A stretch of DNA of 64,000 nucleotides from the NCBI GenBank assembly GCA_021613535.1, contig CP075494.1, positions 248,001 to 312,000 on the forward strand. Reading direction: 5' to 3'. Under the pieces are notes generated by a model. The model was not told the DNA's origin. It saw only the letters and a list, made by a program, of their open reading frames with translations, and ran no database searches. This document shows positions 39,952 through 53,461 of the stretch, piece after piece. Source of the DNA: Adineta vaga. Lineage: Eukaryota; Animalia; Rotifera. The stretch's first letter is position 1; each line of letters begins with the position of its first letter. The position numbers were made by a program, and so were the translations under genes.

Positions 39952-41456
39952 ATGTCTAATCTTGTTATGCAGCTTTATCTTCTTATTCTTATCTTTTCAC
40001 TCAATTTATCGATCATTAATGCAGCAAAATATAAAAACAAGTCTCTCAATTCTGTAGAAGCACAAAAGATCGCCATTGATGTTTATGTATATGGTTATTC
40101 ACTTATCACCAGTGAAATAACTCGTGTACAAATGACCAATGTTGATGAAGCTAAAAATCTCAAAGCTCCTATGGGTCAATTTATAAATGCACGTCATTAT
40201 CCACCAGCAAATTATCGTGGTGTTACGACACCAAATGCAGATACACTTTACTCATTGGCATGGCTTGATCTTGATAATGAACCGTGGATTTTCTCACATC
40301 CTGATATGGCAAATCGATATTATCTCTTTCCTATGTACGATCTTTGGACATCAGTTATAGAATCACCTGGAAAACGTACTGCTGGTACAACTGCTGCTAC
40401 TTATATAATTACTGGTCCCAAATGGAAAGGAAAATTACCATTAACACTTCGAAAACGGTTCACAAAACATATCAAATCATCTACTCGATATTTGCTTATT
40501 CTCGGACGTACATATTGTACTGGAACAGCAGAAGATTATACTGCTGTACATCATCTTCAAGATCAATATTTATTAAAACCATTCAGTGATTTTGTTAACA
40601 ATAGAAATAGAACATTTCAACCTAAGATAGATCTTAATCCTGGATTTAGTATGACAGATGATGTACGTACCGTGATTAATAACATGAATATCTCTACCTA
40701 TTTCAATATGATGATGAAACTTTTGAAAGTAAGCGATTCAATTGAATATTGATTATTAAAGATAATTTTCAACATTATTTCTAGGACAATCCACCACTCA
40801 AACAAGATCGTCATATTATTAAAAAGATGGCTAAACTCGATCTTTTTCCTGGTCAAATATTTAATTGGAATAAATTCGGTGATCGTATTCAAGTCGCACT
40901 TAATCAAGTTCCAAAATTGGCTTTTAACAAAATCAGTTCTCTTCAAAATAAAAGTGGTACAATACAAAATGGTTGGTTGATACCAGAAGCTGCTGGTCGT
41001 TATGGTACTGACTATCTTCGTCGTGCTTATATTGCTGCATATGGTTGGGGAGCTAATCTACGTGAAGATGCAATTTATCCTCATACAACTGTCGATTCAA
41101 ATGGCAAAAAATTATCTGGAGAAAATAAATATGTAATTCATTTTACTAAAGATCAAACACCACCTGTTAATGCTTTTTGGTCAATTACAATGTATGATCA
41201 AGATTATTTTTTTGTACCTAATCCATTAAACAAATTCACTTTAAGTCCTCGAGATCCTTTGATTTATAATTCTAAAGATGGATCACTCGATCTTTATTTT
41301 CAACATACATCTCCTGAATTGAACAAACAAAATAATTGGTTACCAGCACCAAATGGATCTTTTATTCTTATGCTTCGTATGTATTGGCCAAAAGTTTGGA
41401 TTCATTCGATCAATAATATATCATGGGAAATTCCACCTGTTAAACAAATGTTATAA
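39952..41456 (+). CDS. Secreted DUF1254/DUF1214 domain protein of bacterial type; intron 40729-40784
   Basis: Signal peptide; YVYGY, VTTPNADTLYSLAWLDL, GRYGTDYLRRA, PPVNAFWSITMYD, NWLPAPNGSFILMLRMYWP; 56-nt phase 0 intron. Confidence 0.92.
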
Positions 41457-42297
41457 AAAAAAATAAATAAACTATTGTCTATTGTTATTCTCTAATGTTA
41501 TTTATCTTAATTTTCAATAAAAAGAATTCAATCGATTAAATTCAAAATAGTAAAATAATATTCATACTTCAAAAATTGAAGATAAAATGAAAGAATAATA
41601 ATTTATAGAGATAATTGGAAAGAAATTATAAATGAACGATTTGTTGGATTTAAAAAGCGAATTGAGCAAATTCGATTAGCACGAAAAATAAAAGGAAATT
41701 CAATGAAGATGATAATATTCTTCAATCAAATGAACAACCTGTTGTAAAAAAAAGTTATGTAAAGATGATGAATTATTTAATTTAGACGAAGATTTCACTA
41801 ACAAAATGGATAAATCTGAAAAAGATATATTCATGAATTTACATCAACAAATAAAAACTTTTGAAAAGATTTTTTCCAATGGGAATACAATGATTAAAGG
41901 AGACATTTTCTATCTTTATAGACAATTATTAATACGAACATTGGATAAAATAAAAATGTATTTAACAGATGATGATTCTTCAACAACGTATCATTCAATT
42001 AAAATGACCACAAACAAATGAAATAAGTTAGAAATATATTTTTGTCCATTCCTTATCTTATAATATATTGCAAGTGAAAAAGAAATTTTCTCTTACATAG
42101 TAACATATGTCAACACAACAATAAATTGGTAGGAAGTAAAAACAAATCTTATCAGATCGAGTATTTTCATTCTTGGAAGAACAAAATTTATTTTCATTAT
42201 TGAAAACAAGATTAAATCGATAATAGCTAATAGTTCTATCGAAGATGAGACAAATAAGAAATCTGTCAATCCTCTTCAAAATGAACTTCAAGAAACA

Positions 42298-44940
42298 ATG
42301 AAAACTTCGACAACACAATTAAGAGATGCTCGTACAAGATACATTGACACAAATTTTCTTATCTGGTTGAACCCATATTACGACGAATTAAGCAACGATT
42401 GTCAAAAGTCAATTATCTCACTTCGATGTGTTAGTAAAACTGCGAAAATATTCAAAGATATTGATCAATGTATTGATTTTCTTACAGAGATAAGAACCGA
42501 GAAAGTATTCTTAATTGTACCTGATTCTATCAGTCAAATATTGGTACCTCTTATTCATATGGTACCTCAACTGAATGCCATATATGTAATGAGTACCAAT
42601 CCACAATATGAACAATCGATCAAATTTTGGTCAAAAGTACGAGGTATTTTCACAGATATTGACACAATTTGTGAACTATATAAACAAGATGCAAATTGTT
42701 TTGATCAAAACTCGATTTCTCTGAGTTTTATTTCGTCAAACGATGTATCAGATCAAAATTTAGATGAACTTGACGTGCCCTTTATGTACTCACAAATATT
42801 AAAAGAAATTCTACTAGAAATTGAATATAACGATCAATCGATTAAAGATTTGGTAGATTACTTTCGTGAATTGTACGATGAGAACGATCCAGAAATGCAA
42901 ATTATTGCTAAATTTGAACAAGATTATGATTCTCAAACACCGATATGGTGGTACACATATCCATCTTTTATCTATTCTATATTGAATCAGGTACTACGTA
43001 CTCACGAAACTCATAAAATTATCAAGATGGGATTTTTTATACGAGATCTACATCAACAAATCGAGCAACTTCATTTGAATCAATCAATTGATGACCGGTT
43101 GCAATCATTTATTGTCTATCGAGGTCAAGGTTTATCAAAATTAGATTTTGATAAAATGATGAAAACAAAAGGTGGACTGATGTCATTCAATAGTTTCTTG
43201 TCAACAAGTAAAGAACGAGATGTCGCCCTTCTCATAGCTGATAGTAATGGAATTAATGAACATCTCATAGGAATTCTCTTTGAGATAACAATTCATCGAT
43301 CGATATCATCAGCTCCTTTTGCTAGCCTGGATAATATCAGTTATTTTAAGCAGTTAGAACACGAAATTCTCTTCTCGATGCATACTGTTTTTCGGATCGA
43401 TGAAATCGAGCAGATCAACAACAGCAGCCATATCTGGCAAGTGAAACTAACTTTAACTAGCGATACTGATCAGTTGCTCAATTGTCTTACCGAATATATG
43501 CGATACGAAACTCGAGGAACAACAGGATGGGATCGATTGGGTCATTTATATATTAAACTAAACGAATACGACAAGGCTGAATCAGTGTATCAACTTTTAA
43601 TCGATGACCCGGAGCATGATAAAGATAGAGCACATATCTACTATATGCTGGCACACATTAAAGGACACAATAATGAATATATGGAGGCACTTTCTTTGTA
43701 TGAGAAAGCTCTTGTAATATATCAAACAACTCATCCATCTAATTCTCTCGACCTCGCCGTATGTTACAGCGGAATTGGTAACTCACACAAAAATATGCAC
43801 GATTACAAAAACGCACTTCTATTTCTGGAGAAAGCCCATGAAATTGCAAAAAAAGATTTCCCATCATATGATCATAATTTACTTCATTCATTTAAAAACA
43901 TGGGCTCTATGTACAAACTCTTGGGTGATCAAACCAAAGCACTTAGGTTCTATCAAGAAGCACTTAACATCGGAGAAAACTATCTTCCTCCTAATCATCC
44001 TACGCTAGCTGATATATACAACGCTATAAGTGCAATCTACTCTGAAATAGACGAAAATTCAAAAGCAATTTTGTTTGCTGAAAAAGCATTTGAAATTAAA
44101 CAAAAAAGCCTTCTTGCTAATCATCCATCTTTTTCTAGTTTATATGGTCGACTCGGTACAATATATCAGAATATTGGTCAATATTCGAAAGCACTTTATT
44201 TTTACGAACAAGAATGCCAACAAATGCAAAGAGCCCCTCGCATAAACCACTATTATTTGTTTGTTATTAACTACTGTATTGGAACAATATATTACCAAAT
44301 GTGCGAATACTCAAAAGCGCTTTCATCTCATGAAATTGCTCTAGAACACTACAATAAATCAGATCGTCAAGATGATTTGAATTCAACTGATATCCATAAG
44401 TCAATGGGTGTTATATACAAAAAAATGGGCGAATATTCTCAAGCCTTGCTAGCTTTTGAAAAAGTTCTTAAAATTCAACAACACTACCTTCCTCCAAACC
44501 ATTACAGTTTAGGTCGTACCTTCAATGATATCGGTTTAATATATTTTCACAAAGGAAACTATACCACAGCAGCACTTCCATATTTTGAAAAATTTCTTGA
44601 GATACAACAACAAACATCTTGTTCAAATCATTCGGATTTAGTTACTGCCTATAACAACATTAGTGGAATATATTGTAAAATGGGGCAATATTCTAAAGCA
44701 CTTCTATCTATTGAAAAAGCATTAGAACTAAAACAATACATTCCTTCTCGAGATGATGATGATAATTTTCCTATGCTATACAATACTCTTGGTTTTATTC
44801 ATTCCAGTATAGGTGATTATTTAAAGGCACTTTCGTATTATGAACTTGCTCTTAATATTACAGAAAGCACATTACCATCAGATCATCCTCATGTTCCACT
44901 ACTCAAAAAGAATATTAAACTATTGAAAGAAAAAATGTGA
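42298..44940 (+). CDS. ART-domain plus TPR-repeat protein (880 aa, intronless)
   Basis: VYRGQ, FLSTS, EHEILF, followed by about 11 TPRs (..YNNISGIYCKMGQYSKAL..EKALE). Confidence 0.9.
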   Translation: MKTSTTQLRDARTRYIDTNFLIWLNPYYDELSNDCQKSIISLRCVSKTAKIFKDIDQCIDFLTEIRTEKVFLIVPDSISQILVPLIHMVPQLNAIYVMSTNPQYEQSIKFWSKVRGIFTDIDTICELYKQDANCFDQNSISLSFISSNDVSDQNLDELDVPFMYSQILKEILLEIEYNDQSIKDLVDYFRELYDENDPEMQIIAKFEQDYDSQTPIWWYTYPSFIYSILNQVLRTHETHKIIKMGFFIRDLHQQIEQLHLNQSIDDRLQSFIVYRGQGLSKLDFDKMMKTKGGLMSFNSFLSTSKERDVALLIADSNGINEHLIGILFEITIHRSISSAPFASLDNISYFKQLEHEILFSMHTVFRIDEIEQINNSSHIWQVKLTLTSDTDQLLNCLTEYMRYETRGTTGWDRLGHLYIKLNEYDKAESVYQLLIDDPEHDKDRAHIYYMLAHIKGHNNEYMEALSLYEKALVIYQTTHPSNSLDLAVCYSGIGNSHKNMHDYKNALLFLEKAHEIAKKDFPSYDHNLLHSFKNMGSMYKLLGDQTKALRFYQEALNIGENYLPPNHPTLADIYNAISAIYSEIDENSKAILFAEKAFEIKQKSLLANHPSFSSLYGRLGTIYQNIGQYSKALYFYEQECQQMQRAPRINHYYLFVINYCIGTIYYQMCEYSKALSSHEIALEHYNKSDRQDDLNSTDIHKSMGVIYKKMGEYSQALLAFEKVLKIQQHYLPPNHYSLGRTFNDIGLIYFHKGNYTTAALPYFEKFLEIQQQTSCSNHSDLVTAYNNISGIYCKMGQYSKALLSIEKALELKQYIPSRDDDDNFPMLYNTLGFIHSSIGDYLKALSYYELALNITESTLPSDHPHVPLLKKNIKLLKEKM

Positions 44941-47900
44941 TTATAAATTATTTATATACCGCACATATGTTTTTTGTTAAATTAAATGAAGAACTATTCA
45001 TTCTTAAAGATGAAACTCATTTGAAAGATACGTGTTACATCCCATAGGGTATATAATAGAAAATATGGATCACTGTGTGTTAGAACTTGTAAGTTAATAA
45101 TTCATATAGAAGTGAAGTTCGATGTAAACAAATGAATTTTTGTCGTTCATGTTGAAGATTTATTAAAACGTTGTTTTAACAATATTCTTCTATGCGTTCT
45201 ATACATTTTTTCCAACTTTTGTCTATTTTGATTATTATTTATCATTTTCACTTATCGTTTTTTATGACACAATTTAAGATAAACATCATGTTTCGTATAA
45301 AAGTATAAGAATTGAATAATTATCAAAAAAACCAGCTCACAATTATAATTTATATTGCTTGATCGATAAGTTAAAATAAGTTATATGTATTAATAAAAGA
45401 TTTCAATACATTTTGTTAGTTCTCTTTCTCGTGGTTTCATCTCTTTGTTCATTTCCTTTGATGACTTCCATGAAAGAATTAGTAGTGAATGATTTTAACT
45501 CATCTTTATCAAGTATAAAAGATTGAAAGGAAGGCAATGACAGTACAGTAGTATATCCTTCAAAAAAGACCTTAAATACGACTAGATCTACGAAATCAAT
45601 CGATATAACTTTTTACAGAGTTATTACTTGATACACCTAATCTAAGATATAATAGTGGAGACCTACAATAGTGGCATTATATTATCATTGTGATATTTGT
45701 TCTATTTTGCATTTGTGGTGCTGCAAAAAAGAAGGGTCATTGGATTAATACCAAAGCATGAGTTGAAGACTAATTGAAAATAAGATCGTTCTATATCATA
45801 CTAGTAAGAATTAAGATTCTTAAATGTCCTAGTTCAAATCAGAATTCCAATCTGAACTAGGATGATTCCGAACTCACCTATATTCTAAACGGTACTGTGA
45901 CATATATTTCTTTCTGTTCAATAGATTATGTTTTGATTTTGTTAGAGAAGACAATAAATATAAATAGTTGTTATTGTTATATCTACATATAGAATCTAAA
46001 ACAATCCATCATTCCACAATTATAACAAAAATAGTCATCGTTATTATATTCGATATACATATGCCTTGTTTTTTCAATTGTTTTCAAACATAATAGATTT
46101 TTTGTTTGGAACTAATTAATGGTAAAATTGATGAAATCAATCGTTGTTCTATGTATTTTTCTTTTCATGCTTCATTCAATGCTTCTTATCAATCATTTTT
46201 TTTTACAAAAAAAAAACATCTCTAAATATAATGCAGATACTTTTTCTATCATACGAAAGAAAAAAAACAATATATTGACAATACCGATCATTTTTTATTA
46301 TAACAAATATAGAAAATGAGCAATCCTACTGGAATGCATACTAGAACTGCTCGTCATTTACAGCAAGTTCATAATCAAATGCGCAGTCATATCAATCACA
46401 ATAACGAACCACATCTTAGCAGTGCTCGTGGTCATGTTCATCAACATCAACCAACACATGTCGTTGCTTCTGCATCTAAACCATTTCATTATACTTATGA
46501 ATATATCGAATTAAATCCTCTAGCGGATAGTTATACATATCAATTTATCAAACTCCTTCTACACAATTTACTTTATTCTACAAAATAAGATATTCATTTT
46601 TCAGTAATCTTAAACTATTTTCTTTTTTTGTATAGTTATTTCATTGATAGATAGAGAAAGATATATTTTATACAAGGTTATATATTTTTCGTTGGTTACT
46701 TTACTAAAAAAAACTAAATATATTTTTATTTAATAATAAATATAAACGGATAAAAGATTTTATTATATGAAATGTTTTATTTTATAATTGAAAAGAGTAA
46801 TCACTTGTTTTCTTCCATAATATAAAAAAAATAATTGAGAAAAAGGCAAAATAAAATAAATCTTTTCTTTTTCATCTGAATAAATATATCTTAAAGTTTA
46901 TTAATGACACATAATATCTACGTTGTTATAATTTATTTATTTCGTCATTTACTTGATGAAAAGAAAAAGACAAAACAACGATGAATAATGACTAATTACA
47001 TATGTGAGAATGATGAATATGTATATTTATAGTATTGATTATTATATATTTTATCATTTTTTCTTTTTTTTCCCCATCAAAAAAAGAAAAGAGTAGGATA
47101 TTATATTCGTATAATGGGAATGATATTTTTTTTTTCGAAATAAAACAAGATAATTCAGATAGAATAATATAATTTCATCTATAAATATTCAATGAAAATA
47201 ATTTTATAAAATATAATTTATTATTAAATAAATTTTAATTGATAATTAAAATTATTATTATAATGAAATTACGAATAATTGGAATTGTTTTATTGTCTGT
47301 AGTTATGAACAATGTTTATGAAAAATTTGTGGTTTTTCCTCGAAATACTACCAATCGTCATAAACAAATAACAAATATTGATGATACAACAAAAGTAAAT
47401 AAAATGATACATTTGTTACCGAATGATTAATATAAAATAATATACATATTTTCTTTGTATCAATTTTTTTTAGTAATATCCTTTCAAATAAACTTTTTTT
47501 TTGTTATTAGATTCTCTTTTATTTACACAAAAAAACTGAAATTATATTTCACTCGTTGTTGATTTTAAGATTACATAGATTTCTGATATGAGGGTGAAGA
47601 TATCGCCGTTAACACACAAAATCCTCAAACTATATGAATGTTACTTGTAATTATAAGATATATATTTAAAATATGAGACTCAATAAAACTGTTTATTCAA
47701 TAAGTTAAATGTATTTTTAATTAAAACAATTGGTTTTTTTGTTCAAAATTATCATAAGTATTTTTTAAGCTTACGACGAAGACGTCGAATCTTAATATTT
47801 AGTTGTTGGGCTAGTTCATGGCCATCGGTCTCTCGAAGTTCGGTCTCCTTTTTACTGTCTTACTGAATAGTTTCAAAGATGATACGATGGGTGGGGTGTG

Positions 47901-48449
47901 GGTGTTCTTCCATCTCTTATCCACACCCTCATGTTATAAGTCTAACAGATAATGGAGTTAGAGAGAAAAACTAAGCACCAGTCACTTGTTGGATGAAATG
48001 CTTGGCCAAATGATAAGGGGATCATTTCCTTTCTTTCAAAGGCATATATTTGTACTAAAATACGCATAGTTATTTATCAAACGACTTAGAAAACTATATT
48101 TCATCATTTTAAGATAAAACTTATATTGACATTGGTAAATTGTTGCCAAATGGCAACATACGGCTGGAAAAGGTTAAATCTGAACTTTTTCTTTAAACTG
48201 ATCATAATATATAAAGACAGTTGTACTTCCAATTAGTCATTCGATATGCAATCTTCAGTCAATTTCTTAACTTCAAACTTTTTATCTCAAGTCAATAAAA
48301 ACAGCTGAGCAAAATTATAGTTTGTATTGTTCATTTAATATCTGATCTATAATCACCAAATTAGCTTTCATCCTTTATCCAATCAAACGAAATATCGAAA
48401 TGAAACGATGCTTCACATTATTTATTTGACTTATGATGTGTAACTGCGT

Positions 48450-49560
48450 TATAATTCGATATCCTTTTCAAAAAAGTTGGAAAAATATTCGAAGAGAACT
48501 TTAGTATGAATTATTCATCTTTTATGGACTTCCTGATCACGTAATCGATTCTAGACCCTCACTTTGAATGGAATTCATGGTTTGAACAAAATCTTAGTAT
48601 AAAATATTCATGTTTCTTGCTTTCATTATGCATTTAATCGTGCCTCAATATTCATTTATGATGGAAGAAAACAGTGAAACAAAATCTTTGTTTGAACTAT
48701 TCATATATCGAGCGATGTTCGATTGTATAATCAATCCCATAACTTTCATTTAACCAACGTATCATGGTTGTGTCGATGTTTTGTACGATTTGTCTGTAAC
48801 TTAGATATTCACTGAGTCCATATTCAAGTCTGAATCGTAGTGCTCAGTGACCAAAACACTTGAATAAAATTATAGTACTAACTATTCTTTTTCGATGTTT
48901 TGGCCAATCACATTATGAGCATTAAATCTCTTCTTCGAATGAAGTAGAATGTTTAAACAAAGTCTTCGTGAAAAATATTCATATGTAGTGCATTCGTCGT
49001 GTATTTATTCAAAAACAAATCTTTGCTTCAAATCAAACACAAGATTTGAATGGATTCTTCGTATTAAATATTCATGTATCATGTTTTTCTTGTCTCTCTA
49101 ATAAACAATAATTCTTTGCTTGTAATCAAATAAAAAATTGCAACAGAATCTTTGTTTAAAGTATTAATTATTATATATTTATCGACCATAAAATCGATAA
49201 CAGATCTTTGCTTCGAATTAAACAAAATATGTAAATAGAATCTTCTTATCAAATATTTATGTGTCATGCTTTCCTTCTGCAAGTAATCCACTTTGGATAT
49301 TTCATTTGAATCAAACAAAGTATGTCAACATACTCTTCGTATAAAATAGTCATGTGACATGTGTTCGCTGTGTAGGTATTCAAGAGTGAATCTTTGTCCG
49401 AGATGGAGCAAAATATTGGGATAAAGCCTTTGTTTGACTTATTGATTGGTCGCTGTTTCTTTCATCATATAGTTAACTCGATATTGTTACTTTAAATAGA
49501 ACAAAACAGTTGAAAAGAATCTTGTTATGAATTATTTATTAAGCTTGCGATCTTGTTCTT
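48450..49560. repeat. Degenerate tandem array, ~12 units with a 93-nt period
   Basis: TCTTYGTWTRAAWATTCAT-like core at 48499, 48592, 48685, 48870, 48963, 49056, 49149, 49241, 49334, 49427, 49520. Confidence 0.75.
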
Positions 49561-50820
49561 TGTACAAAGTCTAAGTACAGCATGATAGATGATAATCTAA
49601 TAAGAGAGTCATGAGATTGAGTCGGCTGGTAAGATGGAAAGAAAAACTTATATGAGATTTTTGTAACGATTTTTTCTCTTCTTTAGCCGTCACCACACAA
49701 GCGCAATTTAACCAACAACCATTGTCGTCTCCTAGTTCCCGGTTCATTATAAAGACACGAATTTTCTATAGTCTAGCGCCTTTTTTCCGTTTTAATTTTG
49801 GTCTTTTTCTTTTTTTTTCTTTCAAATAAATTCTAGCATCAAACAATCTTGAATATTTGAAACCGATGATAGGGAATCGCATTAGAAGCCCTCCATTATT
49901 CTTCATTTGTACATATCAGAACATAAATACACACAATGAAAAAAAATGTTCATATAAAAAATATTTTAAAACATACTTTTACACTCTTGTTCATGCATTT
50001 ATTTCATTTTTTTCACTCGAAGTGTTTTATTAAGATGTCACTTTTTCAGTGATCAGGTAAACGTTCTCCTGAGTAAAGTGAACCATATTCTGTCATGTTT
50101 CTGATTCAAAACTATTGCTCGTCGAAATTTATCGATCATTAACTCAGTTTCGATTCAAATATAATCGATCTTGATTGTTTTTCTCTTCAGTAGGCCGATC
50201 AATTTTGTCGTATCGACGCCTTCATTCTTTGTATTTATCGACCGATACAGCGAGAAAAAATGCAAAATCGCTCGAGCATGATCAAAGTAGCAAAGAATCT
50301 ACCACAAGTAACTACTGACGACAAAATGATTATTATTTCGAGCACATGGTATAAATTATAATGAATATGTAGCTTATATATGTAATAAAAAGGGGTAAAT
50401 GACGAAATTTTAAATCTATACACTTTTCGCCATATATTTAACCCAATGAGACTGACAATGAATACTTGATATGAATTTTCAGACAAACTGAAAGAAACTA
50501 TCTTGAAATTTCAAACATGAAAAGCGACAAAGTCTTCTAGTCTTTTCGTTTATAATGATGATGACGATGGATTATTTTCACTAGACATCACTAACATTTT
50601 AGTCTGGAGGGTGTCGATACAGGCATAAATGTGGATGTTTTTTTCCTTATTCTCGTCCACCTACCGACATCCATTCTCAAGATGTAATGCTTTTTGGTCA
50701 TAGTATGTTGAGAAAATCTTCTGATATCTTATCTTATTATTTGTATATACTTCTTTGAGTTTATCATATCGAGTATTCTATACTTATGAACTAATTTAAT
50801 ATTTCTTTCTTCGTAGGATA

Positions 50821-51180
50821 TACCCAGGTCGATCAATCCGATACTCGGATCCGATCGGACCCCATGACGGATTCTATCGGAATCCGATGATCCGACAATA
50901 TCATATAGGATTCCTGGTGACGGAATCACTTCGGATTCTGTCGGTTGCGGATCCCATCGGATCCAATACAGGATCCTATAGTTTCCAAAAAACGGATTTC
51001 GACGGATCCGACAGGTGGCCATAAGACCGTAATAAAATATATCTAAAAAGAACGCTCATAAAATATGCAGCTTCCGACGGAACTTTTACTGACGGAATCC
51101 AATACAGATCCGTCACCAGGAATCCGATAGGATTTTGTAGGAACATCGGATCTTATCGAATCCAATGGGGAATTCGACAG
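50821..51180. repeat. GC-richer non-autonomous TE fragment rich in GGATCC/CGGATC subrepeats
   Basis: Abrupt composition change starting at TACCCAGG; many short palindromic motifs; second terminus not found. Confidence 0.5.
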
Positions 51181-53461
51181 AGTAGGCACGTGCATTCTTA
51201 CAGACTAAGAAGTGTTAAATACGATAAACCTAAGAGAACGATATGAATTTATTTATTTTCTATAAACTTCAATATTTGATGTTATTCCTATGTGTTAGTT
51301 TTTTATGTATTTTTTATATTTATCTTTCGCTTGTCCTCATAATACGTTATGGGGGATAAACCGGAAAATATTTCAAAACGAAATACACTGAAAAACAAAA
51401 TATTTTATGTATATGAAAGATAGGAATACTAAAGCAATGAATGAATAGATATGTTTTGTTTTCTGTTTTATATCAAACAAAATATATTTTACGTAGATGG
51501 AATATATCTGTCAAATACAATTATATCCATCGGATAAATCGTTTTTAAATACAAATAATTTTTCTTTTTTTCCTTTATGTTTGTTAGATAGATACTTTGC
51601 TCATTCTGCACATATACTCATTTTCATTATGTTAAGATTGTTTTCTTTTTTTAAATAAAAATTAATAGATGCCACTAACGAACGAATTTTAAATAGGATT
51701 TCAAGAGAATTTGAATGTATGTAGTAGTTAAAAAGCAGAATATTTTTTTCTTCTTTTATTGTAATCTAATTATTTTTCCTTGGAAAAAAACTAAATATAA
51801 CGTCGATCAGAACTTATTGATTTCTGATTCTAAATATAAAAAGGAAAAAAATATTAAATATTATTTTCTATTTCTTTTTTTTCTTAACAAAAGAAGCTTG
51901 TATAGCTGTGGTAGTAATTCTACAGCTGTTCCAATATTTTCTTTGTAATACACGATTTCCTTGTTTTTCTGGGACATGTCAAAAAGAATTGAACATGTTT
52001 TATCATCTGAATGTGTCGAATTCATCAGCTGAATTTCCAAAAGCTTTATATCGAGAAGAAGTTGATTTTGTTGTTTGAAATCGCTAACCAACGTGTTAAT
52101 TGTTTTTTTTAACTAAATCGATATATTTATTTAGTTTATTGAGTTTAGCAGTTCATTTTTACCTGTGTATGATAATTTGTAAAAACTGAAACGATTTCAT
52201 CTTTTGTTAGTGGCATGTTTCAAATCTCTAACCACGATGAAGATGATTTGTGTCGATAAATAAAAACGAACTAGATAAGTCTAAAACAGTAAAGAAACGA
52301 TATGAACAGAAATTGTTTTCGATAGCACTTATATATATATCTCCTTTCTCTTTATTTTCGTTAAATTATCGATTTTACATTTTTCTCCACACATGTAAAA
52401 TTCGATCAAGGGTTTTATATTTAAGTCGTGTAGAAGAAAAAGACAAAGAAAACGAGGTTAAATGATATTATGATTTCACTAGACTTGTTTTCGAAAGAGA
52501 GATCAAATGTGAATATTCCCTGGATAAATCACATAAGAATAATTTCTTTTCACGAAATCAAATTGAATATCGATCTTTTGTTGAAAATAAATATTACATA
52601 CAAATCACGTAAGGGAAGTTGGCACCCGATTCCAGCCTTTTTACTGCCGATTCGCCTAGGAACGTGTTCCAGGTGTTACAACCAGTGTTCCAAGTAGAAC
52701 TCGACGAGTTCTATCGATTGACACCAAGAAAAACTCTATAGGTCAAACCAGACTAGAGAAAACCACAAATTACAGGATTTTCGCTAGGATCTTGAGGTAA
52801 TTCGTTTCCTGATTTGCCTCGGAAAATGTTCCAAGTGTTTCAACCAGTGTTCCAAGTAGAACTCGACGAGGTCTATAGAATGATGTCCTCAGATATTCCA
52901 GAGCTCAAGCCACATCAAAGATAATCCAAAATTGTTATTTTTTAGCCTCTAAAAGCTTGAATCTGTTTAACATAGCTGTGCCATAGACGTTTCTGAAACT
53001 GTTTCAAGTGAGCTCCTGAAACTAATCGGTGTCTTCTGTTCGTAGATAATCTTAAGTGCCTCTTAGATGAGTACTTTCTAATACGATGTATAAAATGCCA
53101 ATACTTCGAATGTCATATCCGTTGTACGTGCTAATATATATTTGTTTATTATTTAAACGAAGATTCTTCGTGAATATTTTTCTCATTATCGGTATCGTTA
53201 TATATGACAGATGTTTTGAATCTCTTGGTGAACGCTATCTATCTTAATTACCTGCTCTAAAACTTATTCTGATTTGTATTGTGATCGTAGCTTCGTGGAG
53301 ATACGAAACAGTAGGACAGAATGATATGCTGAAAAATTAGCGTTGAGTAAGCCAGGTAATATTTTATGAATAACGAATGAACAAAAAGAAAAAGATTACA
53401 GAAACAAATATGAAACAATATGAAACTAGACATATAACAGGATAATATTCAAATTATTTAT

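Noticed and set aside
12601-41456. Bacterial contamination as the source of mscL, zupT and DUF1254
   Set aside because: Spliceosomal introns in mscL and DUF1254, host-like AT content, and interspersion with eukaryotic genes and TEs
46316-46588. His-rich 90-aa ORF
   Set aside because: No recognisable domain or clear exon structure
45790-48180. Single TE-like termini (TACTGTG near 45893; AAGGTTAA near 48170)
   Set aside because: No matching opposite ends found
48450-49560. Possible CRISPR-like array
   Set aside because: Whole units are mutually similar and degenerate, with no identical repeats, unique spacers or cas genes; eukaryotic context
51861-52240. Possible hAT transposase C-terminal remnant (ELLPQLYKLLLL)
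   Set aside because: Too short and degenerate to support
52470-52697. Twin ORFs ending LLPIRLGTCSRCYNQCSK (also 56268-56543)
   Set aside because: Chance translation of the two TIRs, not genes
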